The notes: generated by a model from the letters alone, not told the origin. A stretch of 64,000 nucleotides of DNA from Nemertoderma westbladi (GCA_032718475.1 JAUCBJ010007487.1:37272-101271); one strand, 5' to 3'. Shown: positions 32,891 through 47,018, numbered from the stretch's first letter. Numbers and translations: made by a program.

Positions 32891-34497
32891 CCCGCCGAGG
32901 ACCGTTTGCGTCAAATTGACCCAAAATGAAGTTTACATCTACTGTACAAATTCAATATAATGATTGGGTTTACAATATTTCATGAATTCTCCTTCTTTTT
33001 TATACTCTATCCAAATGGCCGCTTGGGTCAAAATGACCCATTATAGTTTTACACATAAATAAAAGTTTTGCAAAGACGAATTCTGTAAACACATCAATTT
33101 TCCAAGCCAGGGCGATGCTTAATCAACATTGAAATGTCAATTCGTCTGTTTGTACAGTATGACTGTTTGTATGTCGGTGCGTGTGTGTGTGTGTAATATG
33201 GAAACCTGGTATCGTCCATGAACCATATTTCCTGTATGGAACGTCTTCCTTTAGATTGATTAATTAGGCCTAGTCAATGGTAATGTAGCGTTAGGTTCAA
33301 ACTAGTATACTTTAGTTCCTGTAACACATTACATTAAATTATTCCTAACTCTCGTTTATTGTTTTGGTTCCTTTCAACTCGCCTCTATAACCTGTTCCTT
33401 TACTAACCTGCCTGGTTATGGAGGAAGACTGGACTTACTGACCAAATGGCTCGGCCCTAACGCTAACAGGCTGCCAGGACCTAATGCCATGGACCTAATG
33501 CTACGGACCTAAAGCTACAGTACCAGGTTGCCAGGACCTAAAGCTACCGGGACTGGTAGCTGGCTGTCTGGCTATATAGCCGTAAATATATAATCTAGCT
33601 GTCTAGGCCTACACCTACCGGCAACCAGTAGTCATTCTGTCATTAGCCTATAGGCCTATAAATTAATAAATTGGGCTAATATATAACAGTTGTTTGCAAA
33701 ATGGAAACATTTGTGAGAATCTCTTTTGTGGGTAATGTACAAAGCAGCCTGGTAGCGTTAGGTCCAAATTTTACAGTTACTGAGTTAGGTCAGTAGCAGT
33801 AGGTCCTGTAGTGTTTAGGTCCCGTAGCTTTACTAGTAACATATTTATGATATAATTACTTCACTATTTATTTGGGAAACAAATACGATTATCTCTAGAA
33901 TACTTATATACAAGTATATGTAAATGTATATCAGATGGGTGATACTGTAGTAAGGTTTTTCATTATTACCATTATCATTTATCATTTGGCAATTATTTTG
34001 GCAATTGGTAATTATCATTTGTCGCTTATCAGTTGTTTAGCCTTTAATCAGCGCCACTCAAATGTTTTCTCATTGTATGCGAATAATTATTAAATTTTTA
34101 TTATTATTATCAATATTCGGTTTTTGTGTCACTCGCTTCGATCGTCAATCAATCCCAGTTTGATGTAAATAGTCTAAGTACTTAAGTTAATAATATTATG
34201 AAACTCATATTGATACACACGCTTGTTCAGGTGGAGTTGTCAACATTTCTATGTACAGTTCATATCTGAACAAAATGAGAAACCCTCGTTTCGTTGTGTC
34301 ACTCGCTACGCTCGTTATTGAAACCAAATCGGATGTAAATAGCCTAAGTAACTTGCCCGTAAGTCGCAAATGAGTTTCCACACTGATAAAACCTCACTTT
34401 TGGTCATTTTGATTGATAATATTATCAATAATATACCGTGGGTCAATTTGACCCAAACGGTCCTGGGTGTAACCTGAATCAAACGGTCTTCGGCGGG
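32891..34497. mobile_element. Non-autonomous piggyBac-like element between the satellite arms
   Basis: TIR CCCGCCGAGGACCGTTTG / CAAACGGTCTTCGGCGGG followed by TTAA; subterminal GGGTCA...TGACCC palindromes. Left TSD imperfect (TTAAAA). Confidence 0.75.
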
Positions 34498-34828
34498 TTA
34501 ATGACAGTATTAGGTGGATGGTTAAATAATAATTGTAAATAACTAACTCAAAACGCCCAACCTCCTAACCAAAACAATCTTATCCCAAACAACGCCCATC
34601 CACCTAAACCGAAACAACTGGTAAATATTGTATTTGGTGTGAAAAAGGCACAATGTGCATGACTTGAATATATAATACTACAGACTCAGTCAGTCAGTAT
34701 CAGTATACTCGTGATGTGAAATAATACATTTAATTCATTAATAATAATTCGTTTTTAAAAATGACAGAAGGGTTTTACAATTATTGTTGACCCTGACACA
34801 CCCCAAATAGTGGCAATACGCAATAGGC

Positions 34829-37800
34829 TTCGCCTACTATGTGGCTATCCCCCGATTGAAACATTGGAACTAAGTTCGTACCCATTGGAACTAAATTCGC
34901 TTGCATTGGAACTAAATTCGCTTGCATTGGAACTAAATTCGCTTCCATTGGAACTAAATTCGCTTCCATTGGAACAAAATTAGCTTGCATTGGAACTAAA
35001 TTCGCTTCCATTGGAACTAAATTCGCTTCCATTGGAACTAAATTCGCTTCCATTGGAACTAAATTCGCTTCCATTGGAACTAAATTCGCTTCCATTGGAA
35101 CTAAATTCGCATCCATTGGAACTAAATTCGCATGCATTGGAACTAAATTCGCTTCCATTGGAAGTAAATTCGCATGCATTGGAACTAAATTCGCGTCCAT
35201 TGGAACTAAATTCGCTTGCATTGGAACTAAATTCGCGTCCATTGGAACTAAATTCGCTTCCATTGGAACTAAATTCGCTTCCATTGGAACTAAATTCGCA
35301 TCTATTGGAACTAAATTCGCTTCCATTGGAACTAAATTCGCTTCCATTGGAACTAAATTCGCTTCCATTGGAACTAAATTCGCTTCCATTGGAACTAAAT
35401 TCGCTTCCATTGGAACTAAATTCGCATGCATTGGAACTAAATTCGCTTCCATTGGAACTAAATTCGCTTCCATTGGAACTAAATTCGCATGCATTGGAAC
35501 TAAATTCGCTTCCATTGGAACTAAATTCGCATGCATTGGAACTAAATTCGCGTCCATTGGAACTAAATTCGCTTGCATTGGAACTAAATTCGCGTCCATT
35601 GGAACTAAATTCGCTTCCATTGGAACTAAGTTCGCTTCCATTGGAACTAAGTTCGCACCCATTGGAACTAAATTCGCTTCCATTGGAACTAAATTCGCTT
35701 CCATTGGAACTAAATTCGCTTCCATTGGAACTAAATTCGCTTCCATTGGAACTAAATTCGCATCCATTGGAACTAAATTCGCATCCATTGGAACTAAATT
35801 CGCATCCATTGGAACTAAATTCGCTTCCATTGGAACTAAATTCGCTTCCATTGGAACTAAATTCGCTTCCATTGGAACTAAATTCGCTTCCATTGGAACT
35901 AAATTCGCTTCCATTGGAACTAAATTCGCATGCATTGGAACTAAATTCGCGTCCATTGGAACTAAATTCGCTTGCATTGGAACTAAATTCGCGTCTATTG
36001 GAACTAAATTCGCTTCCATTGGAACTAAATTCGCTTCCATTGGAACTAAATTCGCTTCCATTGGAACTAAATTCGCTTCCATTGGAACTAAATTCGCTTC
36101 CATTGGAACTAAATTCGCTTCCATTGGAACTAAATTCGCTTCCATTGGAACTAAATTCGCTTCCATTGGAACTAAATTAGCATCCATTGGAACTAAATTC
36201 GCTTCCATTGGAACTAAATTCACTTCCATTGGAAATAAATTCGCTTCCATTGGAACTAAATTCGCTTCCATTGGAACTAAATTCGCTTCCATTGGAACTA
36301 AATTCGCTTCCATTGGAACTAAATTCGCTTCCATTGGGACTAAATTCGCTTCCATTGGAACTAAATTCGCTTCCATTGGAACTAAATTCGCATCCATTGG
36401 AACTAAATTCGCTTCCATTGGAACTAAATTCGCTTCCATTGGAACTAAATTCGCTTCCATTGGAACTAAATTCGCTTCCATTGGAACTAAATTCGCTTCC
36501 ATTGGAACTAAATTCGCTTCCATTGGAACTAAATTCGCTTCCATTGGAACTAAATTCGCATCCATTGGAACTAAATTCGCTTCCATTGGAACTAAATTCA
36601 CTTCCATTGGAAATAAATTCGCTTCCATTGGAACTAAATTCGCTTCCATTGGAACTAAATTCGCTTCCATTGGAACTAAATTCGCTTCCATTGGAACTAA
36701 ATTCGCTTCCATTGGAACTAAATTCGCATCCATTGGAACTAAATTCGCATCCATTGGAACTAAATTCGCTTCCATTGGAACTAAATTCGCTTCCATTGGA
36801 ACTAAATTCGCTTCCATTGGAACTAAATTCGCTTCCATTGGAACTAAATTCGCTTCCATTGGAACTAAATTCGCTTCCATTGGAACTAAATTCGCTTCCA
36901 TTGGAACTAAATTCGCTTCCATTGGAACTCAATTCGCATCCATTGGAACTAAATTCGCTTCCATTGGAACTAAATTCGCTTCCATTGGAACTAAATTCGC
37001 ATCCATTGGAACTAAATTCGCTTCCATTGGAACTAAATTCACTTCCATTGGAAATAAATTCGCTTCCATTGGAACTAAATTCGCTTCCATTGGAACTAAA
37101 TTCGCTTCCATTGGAACTAAATTCGCATCCATTGGAACTAAATTCGCTTCCATTGGAACTAAATTCGCTTCCATTGGAACTAAATTCGCTTCCATTGGAA
37201 CTAAATTCGCTTCCATTGGAACTAAATTCGCTTCCATTGGAACTAAATTCGCTTCCATTGGAACTAAATTCGCTTCCATTGGAACTAAATTCGCCAAAAT
37301 TGGAACTAAATTCGCTTGCATTGGAACTAAATTTGCTTCCATTGGAACTAAGTTCGCATCCATTGGAACTAAATTCGTTTTCGTTTTTCTCTAGTTATTG
37401 GAACTAAGTTCGCCTAAATTGGAACTAAATTCGCCAAAATTGGAACTAAATTCGTTTCCATTGGAACTAAGTTCGCATCCATTGGAACTAAGTTCGCATC
37501 CATTGGAACTAAGTTCGCATGCATTGGAACTAAATTCGTTTTCGTTTTTCTCTAGTTATTGGAACTAAGTTCGCCTAAATTGGAACTAAATTCGCCAAAA
37601 TTGGAACTAAATTCGTTTCCATTGGAACTAAGTTCGCATCCATTGGAACTAAGTTCGCAGGCATTGGAACTAAATTCGTTTTCGTTTTTCTCTTGTTATT
37701 GGAACTAAGTTCGCCTAAATTGGAACTAAATTCGCCAAAATTGGAACTAAATTCGCTTCATTGGAACTAAATTCGCATGAGGCTTAAATTGGAACTAAGT
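34829..37800 (-). repeat. 21-bp satellite array, right arm (inverted)
   Basis: Reverse complement of the 30166 array, including the outer end (CGCATGAGGCTTAAATTGGAACTAAGT), three spacer blocks and a homologous inner end. Confidence 0.95.
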
Positions 37801-37870
37801 ACGGGGAATCCTGCATTGCAGAGAGGAGGCTCATATGCAAATGCGGAGTGGAGTTTTACAGACTTACAGA

Positions 37871-37932
37871 CTACTCCCTTATTGTGCACTCCCTTATTGT
37901 GCACTCCCTTATTGTGCACTCCTTTATTGTGC
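37871..37932. repeat. 15-bp tandem repeat x4 (CACTCCCTTATTGTG)
   Basis: Directly visible. Confidence 0.85.
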
Positions 37933-38529
37933 GACAGTGGCTTATAGAGAAACCAAGCTGTCAATATTGTTTGTAGGTGAATAATGGTGGAAAGGTGACT
38001 TGGAATGGAAGACACTCCCTTCCATTCCAAGTTTTATTCGATATTTTCTATATGCTGCCTACAGAGGCGCGCAAAATCGATTACACAATTCACCATAGAA
38101 GAGTAGCTTTAGCTACTGTGTAGAGAAATAGATGAGTAATTCTTCAAGCAAGCTATCGTCCGTCCCCTTGTCTTGTGTAAAAGGACTTAATTGAAACCAC
38201 ATGCCGCAAGTATAATTCATATGAGTAATACATTTCAATAGGATTCATTTTATCTCAGCACATAAGCAACAAAAATTAAGATCAATAATTTTACAGTTAG
38301 GTAGGTTGTAATAACATTTACAATGATATACATGGTGATATACGGGATATACACATACAACATTAACCCAATCTACACTATGTATTGTTATAACAAATAT
38401 AATAATTTACAGCCCGGCTGCACTGTGTATTTCGGCACTAATTTTATCATAGCCAGCTGACTTACTGTACAGTCTCACAATTAAAAATAATTATACCAGA
38501 TAGGCAGTGCCGGAAGGGTGTAAACGTTA

Positions 38530-38990
38530 CTCCGACAGCAGACCACCGACAGTAGGCAACCGATATCAGACAACCGTCAGCAGACAACGGACCGTAGAAA
38601 ACCGTCAGCAGAAAACCGACAGCAGATATTCGAAAGTAACCGACAGCCGACAACGACAACCTACAGCAGACAACGGCAAACTACAGCAGACAACGACAAC
38701 CTACAGCAGACAACCGTCAGCAGACAACCGACAACTCACAACAGAAAACCGACAGCAGACAACCAATTGCAGAAAACCGACAGCTGACAACCTGCAGCAG
38801 GTACCGACAGCAGACAACCGTCAAACCACAGCAGACAACGAACAGCAGACCACCGAAAGCAGACAACTGACAGCTGGCAACGGATAGCAGACATCAGACA
38901 GCAGGCATACAACCTTCAGCAGATAAACCGACAGAACACAACCGGCAGCAGACAACGGATAGCAGACGACCTTCAGCACATATACCGACA
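38530..38990. repeat. Degenerate ~14-bp tandem repeat (GACAGCAGACAACC)
   Basis: Recurring CAGCAGACAACC motif. Confidence 0.8.
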
Positions 38991-39014
38991 TCAATAATAT
39001 ATATTCATTTATTT

Positions 39015-39580
39015 CTAATAATAATAATAATAATAATGCAGATATTTAATATAGCGCCTATTCTAAAGTTAAGAAATTCTAAGGCGTTTATGTACGGTAT
39101 ACTCTATTAAACAGTAGAGTTTTTAGGTCGCGTTTGAATTGGTTGAGGTCGGTGCATGTTCTTAGCTTACTGTAAGTGAAAGACAGTTGGATTGGCTATT
39201 GCAAAGGATAGAACTGACAGTTTTTATATAAGTTGAAACTTTGATAGTCCACATATTCGGTTCGGGTAACATTATAGTTGGGAACCAATATGCAGTATAT
39301 AAAAGATAGGTCGGGGCCAGTATCTTCAGCTACAGTATCTTGTATTCAATCCTATATCCAACTGGGAGCCGTTGTAATTCATTTAAAGGTATCTGTTATG
39401 AGATGGTTTTGGTAGCTTTACGTAAAAGCCGAAATCGGTGGAATGATGTGTCTCGAAGTCCCTAGAGTAAACTGAATCTATTCTGGAGATGATAATTAAA
39501 TTTACTAAACGTAGACAATTTACTTCAGATAAATGTTTTCGGCCCGGGATAGCAGACCCTAGCAATGATAGTATAGTCTG
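39015..39580 (-). mobile_element. Decayed L2/CR1-like LINE 3' end
   Basis: (AAT)n tail next to ATATAGCGCC...AAGGCGTTT...AAACAG, the usual layout of a reversed L2-type 3' end. Confidence 0.5.
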
Positions 39581-41446
39581 CTATCCTAACTGCAAATTGA
39601 TGGGGGGGGGGGGGGGGGGGGGGTGGTAGTCAGTTCCGGATGTTATTATGTTATTGTCTTTACTGTCATTGTTTTTATGAACATTAGTTAGTTTTAATTA
39701 AACATAAGGTAAATTGATTTGCCAGATTGCAGGATTGAGTTTTCTGCTAAGCTTAGTTACGTTAGGAAGTCAGACCTTGTTATTTGGCGAACTTTCTAAC
39801 TATCCATACCGGTAGGGTTATCTAAAGAATCCCATCATACAGTAGTTGGGAGCTATCTACAGTAGTTTGACTCCCTGTGTTGTAATCGAAGAATCGGCAT
39901 ATTGTTTTACCACCCAATTCGACAGAGAATGTAGAGGCAAAACGAGAGAAAGCCGCCCCAATATTAGATTATTACAACAACATATCCATTGGGTAAGAAA
40001 GTGGAGGAGAGCCAGCCCGTCTCTTAATTTTTTACTTTATATTACGCGATCAATTTTCACTCATCTCGTCATGAACCCAACATGTATGTAACCTTTTGTT
40101 AAATTTGTTGGCTATGCGTTTGCGGTTGTTTGGGCGGAGTGTGGTAGGCCTACACTTTTCACACTTAAATATTTTGGTTGTGAAATGTTACAGGGCATAC
40201 CGATCTGAGATATTTCATTTATATTTTATTATGAGAGGAAGAAGAACATACAACGTCATTTACTATGTAACAAAATAATTGTTTTCGGGTTTAACTTGGA
40301 AGCCTCCCCAAATAGTTGATATACAATTATATTTAAAATTATTTCCATGGTCATGGTCATTCACCCGTCTTTAGTTAGAAATTTGTTTGCATGAAAGACA
40401 GTTTAGTTTAGTTTTTACTGATTTATTATCTCTTATCTGACTGGGGTAATAATAAAGTATAGGATAAATGGAACCAAAGTGTGACAGTAACAAATATTTC
40501 CCCGTCACCCTAGCATGTCTTAAGTATATGATATATCAAAGGGGGGAGTTTCGATTCACTGCATAAATGCAGTTCACCAAACTTCCCCCGAATGCACACT
40601 GTAACTTCCCCCTTCCCCCAAATATCCACTGTTGAATTAATTTGAAGCGATATAATAAGTACAAAATTGTGCGAGTTTTTAATTGTGTGGTCCAATTGTT
40701 ATTTGATTTCTATTTATTATTTAAAGTGCATTTAATATCACACTGGTTTTTAGAATATTATACTATACAACCTTATGTTTTATTAATTTACCCAATCGAA
40801 GCCTCATAAGGGCCGGTTATTTGTACGCATATCCCCTAATGCGCTCAGTAAGGTTCAAACAACATATTAATATGAAAATAAAGTATCTGCAAAGAAAATA
40901 ACCCAATACTATATAATTTGACCTTATTAAAAAATTTGCACTTTTGCACACTTATTTGTACAAATGCACTTCAGCAGATCGTAATGGTGGCTCTTATTTA
41001 ACAAACTTATGTTTATCCTCTACCGCCGATCTACGATGGTGTATGATCAAGTGTCAGTCGCTAAAAGTGTCAAAAATCCAATTTAATAAATCTGGATTTG
41101 CGATTTTATTATTATTCATGGACATTTTAAGTCACTTTATAGACATAAAAAGTTAAACAAATGTTACGATTATAGTTAGAAATCATTCCAAACTACATTT
41201 TAATCCAAAAAATAACATTCTACGATGAATTGAACTGGAAATAATAGTGTTTGAAATATCGAAAAAATGTTCACTATTTAAGTGAATTTTGCACTAAGTG
41301 CACATAAGTCTTTTCCCAAGTTTTATCCTATTTCACACACTACAATCTATCCTCTATCCAATGAAAAAAGTTTCAGATCAAACGGCCCAGTAGAACCGAA
41401 GTTATTTATGTTTAAAAATAGTCACTCGAAAATTTCAAATTCTCTT

Positions 41447-41519
41447 GGTCACATAGTCTAGTGGTTATCAATCACGTTAATGAAACCTAAGTTCGCGGGT
41501 TCGAAATCTAATATTGACC
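41447..41519 (+). pseudogene. tRNA-like relic or SINE head
   Basis: GGTCA...TGACC acceptor-like ends, A box TAGTCTAGTGG, B box GGTTCGAAATC. Anticodon and T stems are degenerate. Confidence 0.5.
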
Positions 41520-44419
41520 TGACCATTCTTAATTTTTTTGCAAAAAAAATTATTTTTATTTTTTCACTAAAATCGCTCTAACTTCGGTTCTGGTGGTCCA
41601 AATTCAATAAAATTGGTATATTCTTTGCCGTAATTTTTTTCTTAATCTTTTGAGAAGGGGTTATTTTTGGCCCCAAAAAAATATAAGTAATTTTAATTAT
41701 ATATGTTAAGATAAAAGATAGTGGAGTTAATTTGATACTTTTTACAGGTACTTTTGGCGCAATACGCTAAATTATAATGGAATAGCGATTTGTTAAAAAA
41801 AAAAATTTTTCGTCCCTTTTTATAAATATTATATTTCACACGATCGCCTGCCGCTCCAGTTTTATAATACCTCCGGCGCTGTGATTAACGCTGTTAGATA
41901 GATAATTTAACGCACTATAAGTCTGTGTAAACAAATCTCCCGTAAGTTAAGTAGTTTTCGAGCTAGACGATTTCCCGCGAAGCAAGTTTGAAGCGCGAAA
42001 TTATAATTTTGGCCCTCATTTTTTTAATATCATCCTTGGAGCAAAACCGATAGCATATTTGAATTCCCCGTATGGATATTGACTGTATAGAATGTACCTT
42101 AACCAACTAAAGTTAAAAATAAAAAATTATTCGATAAAAACTACTTTACAAATTCTGGCCCTTTTTGGCCCCTATTGCCGACATATTTTTTGTACCCCCA
42201 TTCGATAGGAACGTAGCCCCAATGGTCTTCTACGAGTTTCATAAAAGAATTAGTGGATTCCTACCCGCGTTATCGAATTAAACATTTCGGAAATAAGTTT
42301 TCCAAAAAAGACGGACAAAAACGTACAAATTTACAGCCCCTTTTTCCACCCGAAATTTTAATAAATATCTTACCCCCATTCGATACGAAGGAAGTACCAC
42401 TCTTCCCCTTTCCAACCGCGTTACTTTCGTCCCCGTACGATTAATATTAGCCGAGTTATAGCGGATCCCGCAAAGTCATTTTGTCCGTTTTTTCAACATT
42501 TTCGGAAAAAAGGCGTGGTAATCTTTTTTGAAAAAAAAAACGAATTCACTAATTAATCCCTTCTATCGTATCCCGGCGTCGGCTATGCAATAACCTAGGG
42601 TTTTTTCGAGCCACTGTAGAGCGCCTTTCAAAAAAATTTTAAAATTGTCGAAAAAATGACGGTTTTTTGTCCGCCGTGTCCGTCGAAGGGTTAGATTTAA
42701 TAATGTTAGAGTTGCTATTATCTTAGAATTCCGAGCCGCTCCCCTGGTGAGAAAATAAAAAAATTTGGTCAGTTCCTTCATCGAAAAGTCCCCCAGAATC
42801 CCAAGTTAACCTATATAGTTAGCGATGGCCTGCGGCTTTAGGAGCGGCCGCGGTATTCACCTCCCTCATAGCGGCCGCGGCGGTGTTGCGTCAAATGGAG
42901 AAATATTTATCCCACCTAGAGAGAATTCGTTACCATGGCCAATTAATTAGCAGTCTTTGAATCATAAAGTTTCAGATGGAGTGTTTCCAGTACAGTATGT
43001 GAACTGAGATATCCTAACATCCAGTAATTCATCCTATTTGTTTAAGTTTTTCTAGTAATAGATCGTAATCAACAAGATCGAAGGCTGAAGATTGATACAA
43101 CAAAATTAAGGCACTTATTTTTCCATTATTAAAAAAATCATTTTTTCACTAAATTTAATGCAATTATCACTATTTTAAATTATTTTCACTAAAATTAATC
43201 ACTTTCCACCAAATTAAATATTTCCATATGTCACCAGTTTCAGAGTTTAAACATTAACTACACGTAGGTCCTACGCGAACTACGCGTAGGTGCTACGTAT
43301 AATTACGCGCAGGTGCTACCCAAAACTATGCCTATACGACGTTTATCATTAATAGGCCTAGGTCTACATATTCCAAGCGGTTCAGTACTAAAATAAGACA
43401 ACACTGTTTCTTCAATATACAACCATCAAAATGCTTTCAACAGAAATGTCTCCTATACCTGTATACTGTTGTACTCCATGTAGTTGCATACGCTACGACC
43501 TTACATATTCTTCACTTTCATGTGTTGCGCGGGCAATAATGTTTGTTTAGAGTTCAAAAATACTTTACAAGGAAATAGGCCGATGGTTTTTATCGATTCT
43601 CCATTGCCATTTATTGTATTTGTTCACGAGAGGGCAACGATATATTTAAATTATCCAATGGAAACGAAGAAACTTGATAATATACGTTAATATTAATCCG
43701 GGAGTATAACACTATAACTACTGTACAGTATAAGGGAAGTGTAGACCAGTGAATATCCTATAAAGAAGCCCTTTATAGACCAATCTGGGCTTATTTATTA
43801 TAATGTGCTAATTATACAGTAATTGTATTAGGCCTATTATAAAATGAAAAAAAAAGGGGGGGGGGGGGGGGGGGCGAGAGGTCGGATCTTTAGGGTGATC
43901 GAAAAGGTGTTCTTTAATGTTAGTGCCAATATTTCGGCCACAACATGTAATAATAATTGAATTATTATAACGAACCTGCCTATTAATAGGCCAGGGTAGT
44001 TCTTGTCAAGAGTTGAGCCGTTCAAAAACACGATGTGGTTGTGTGTGTGTGTATATATGTATAACCATCCAATATCTCAAAAACTCAAGCAGGTACGCAA
44101 AAATTTTAATAACAAACTCTACATAAATTTTGGTTGCGCACAAGACTGTATATTTTTTGTGGCGTTTCGATCACGGGGTCACTGAAAAATAGCGGTTTTG
44201 AAAATTTAAAGTCGAATTTCACCGATTTCAACTCGTCGAGTATGCACCAACTTTTTTATTTGAGATATTCAGTCATCTGAGCAACATATTTGAGACTCAG
44301 AATCTTTTCAAATATCGCCAATCTCGCACAGAACGTCGCCAAAATTTGTTAGTCCGGCAAAAAAACGCACAAATTCGTCTAAAAGAGTAAATTATTTAGT
44401 TGCAGAATAATATGATCCA

Positions 44420-44863
44420 ACTAGAAAAGCCAGCCAGCTGGCTGTAAGGAGACCCTCCATATAGACAAACGTAGTGTTAGTTGTGTCCCTCCTCATTCAT
44501 TATCATCAACTCCCTCCCACCTAACATAGCAGTGAGTAACCTTATAGACTATTGTCATAGGATTCACTGGGAAGAGCTATTCATCTGGTGTGGTGGGGTA
44601 ATACATTATACAAACTTACAGTTGATGTATGATTACTGTCTGGGTTAGAGTGATATAGTAATAAATTTGGCAAGTAATATACTTCTCTGCAGTTTTGGCT
44701 ATCCATTCAATAAATAGTAGTAGCTTACTAGGCCCACATGAGTACCAGCAACTGGTGTTTCTATCGTTGAGTTGATAGCAATTTTCGTGTTTTCATTTTC
44801 CCTCACTCATGGTACTGGTTTGTGGGGCAGGTTCGTTTAAAGCCAGCTTGCTGGCTTTCTAGT
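44420..44863. mobile_element. MITE-like element or opposed Helitron-type ends
   Basis: ACTAGAAAAGCCAGCCAGCTGGCT and AAAGCCAGCTTGCTGGCTTTCTAGT are inverted; each is a hairpin next to CTAG. Confidence 0.55.
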
Positions 44864-45359
44864 ACAAATAAACAGGCCTTCAACAGGGCAAATGCAATCG
44901 GAATGTGTCGGGCTACATAAAAAACCGCCTAAACACTACTGCACTACCTCCTAAAGACACTACTCAAACTATGTTACTTACTACTGCAGTCCGGTAGGCC
45001 AGGTGTAGGTAACAAATTATATAATTTAAATAATTGGGGCTACTACGCGTATCCCTGTAACTGGCGGCAATGAAATTAGTTACATTAGCATCAGGTATTG
45101 AAAGAAAAATAATTAAATAGGTAGTGATATAACATAATTCGCACCGAACAGAATTAATATTAATATAAAATACCAGTGTAGAAAAATATTATTATATTTA
45201 TAACGAGATTTAATACAGTACAGTATAAAGCTTACCATCCCCGGTTATAATCTATTTTGTATTGCATGTTAAGTGTTGGGTGTTCGTGTGTTATGAAGTG
45301 TTTTTCGCTCATTTATTAGAGAAGACACAACTGAATAATAGAGGCATCAGCATTTTATA

Positions 45360-46070
45360 ATGGAATGCACACTTTTAGTTATTAACCTGCTACTAAACAT
45401 TGCCGTCTGTTACGGTAATTTCACCTGTTATATGGGATCTGCAATAAACGTTAATGCAACTACTGAGAGGCTAAAACAGAAGGTGAATCAACAACTTACT
45501 AGAATGCTAAATAGCAATCCTGATTGGGTAGAATTACATGGAATCGTCACAACACGCGATGATATCAAATTATTTTATCGCAATTGCACAGAATGTGCCA
45601 ATTACTTCTATAGAGCCATCGGTATTGATGGTGAGACAGGTGAAGAGTTAATGCTTGATGCTGTAATTCAACTGTGCATAGGGAGTCATAGAGAATATTC
45701 CTGGGATAAATACTGCATAGCTATGGATGAAGACAGATGTTCAAAATTTTTTCAACAGTATGAAGACGGGTTTAATATTAACCAGCAGAGTTTCAAGGAT
45801 ATTGAAACAGGGCAGGATGACCTCATGAGAGTATTTTTTTCTGTTAAGGACATTTTACTACACGGGTTCGCAGAGAAGTACAAATCGTGTCAGTTAAAGT
45901 GTTGCCCAGGTGAGTGTCCTACTCCTGCCTGGGAGATGAATCTGGCAACAACAACTACCAGGGCGGTGGAAGATACCACAACAGTTGAGACGACAGCAAG
46001 CAGTTCAGTTGTTGCTACTCCAGTGATTCAGATGGTTTTGGTGGTGGTTACATTCACTGGAGTATTATAG
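45360..46070 (+). CDS. Secreted, probably GPI-anchored Cys-rich protein, Ly6/uPAR-like with long loops (236 aa), intronless
   Basis: Signal peptide, mature start NFTCY, 10 Cys ending KCCPGEC, Thr/Ser-rich stalk, C-terminal hydrophobic tail. Confidence 0.75.
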   Translation: MECTLLVINLLLNIAVCYGNFTCYMGSAINVNATTERLKQKVNQQLTRMLNSNPDWVELHGIVTTRDDIKLFYRNCTECANYFYRAIGIDGETGEELMLDAVIQLCIGSHREYSWDKYCIAMDEDRCSKFFQQYEDGFNINQQSFKDIETGQDDLMRVFFSVKDILLHGFAEKYKSCQLKCCPGECPTPAWEMNLATTTTRAVEDTTTVETTASSSVVATPVIQMVLVVVTFTGVL

Positions 46071-47018
46071 AAACATTTAACTTTGTGAGGACAACGCTAA
46101 TAATATTCTTCAGTACTACAGTATTATAATATTATAATATATATATATACTGTATATATATACATTGGCTGATAAGGGCCAGCGCGAATATATAACTTTT
46201 GAGCATACCCAACTACTTTGCTTAGATGTAAATGAAATACTAATATGATCCACTAGGGGGCTCTAATTAACAAGTAGTGAAGTATGGCCCTTCAGGTATA
46301 AATACCACGATGTTCCATGCGGTGGTAGAAGAAAATAATTGCCATAATGGCCCTAATTAAAGAGTTCTCTTTCTAAAAAAAATAATATAGTATATATGTC
46401 CTTACTTATGACATGCTACAGCGGATATGAGATGTATGCTACGTATGCTATGATAACTAACTATAGATGTTGTGGCCTTTAGTAATAGTGCATCATGAGT
46501 GACATTATATATTTGTGTGGCTCAAATGGGACATAGTCGTGAATGAGCCAGTTCCTTTTAAAATGGCCTTTAACCCTATTCATACCGGAAATAATAATAA
46601 ATTAACTATTATTAGTTAATCTCTCTAAATTCACATTTTTAGGTTTTCTGGGGCGCTGATTCTATAAGGGGAATATTTCAAAAGCTCCAATTCTTGGGAA
46701 GTTTTATTTATGGATTACAATTTTGGTACTAGCAGCAATTTTTGCTCCCTCAGCCAAAAACACAAGTTATGTCAAGTGCCATTTTTTGCATCGGATTCAG
46801 AACCCTCACACATATCATTATAATAATTATAAATCAAAAATTGTCACGGATCCTGCCATGGTTGTTATTAATGCTCTATGCAGCAATGATGATTCCGGCA
46901 AAGAGTATGTGAGTATAATGAGTATATCTGTGAATACAGACTCAGTCACGCACGGACACGATGTACTGATTCACAAAGTGATCCCCCCTCTCCTCATACC
47001 TCCCGCCGGTGTTTACAA

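Noticed and set aside
30422-37407. Long heptad ORFs (MDANLVP/MEANLVP, LELNSLP)
   Set aside because: Stop-free frames of a 21-bp satellite, open on both strands; arrays are bounded by TE-like ends.
30166-37800. CRISPR-like array
   Set aside because: No unique spacers, no cas genes, eukaryotic context.
42825-42890. GC-rich patch with two GCGGCCGC palindromes
   Set aside because: Forms a hairpin, probably a TE terminus, but I could not tie it to a defined element.
46868-46927. Possible terminal exon IYSLYSHT...* giving a BAR-PH-only protein
   Set aside because: In phase and preceded by ttcacag, but true RhoGAP exons exist at 22380-22569 and 489-635; without transcripts it is likely chance.
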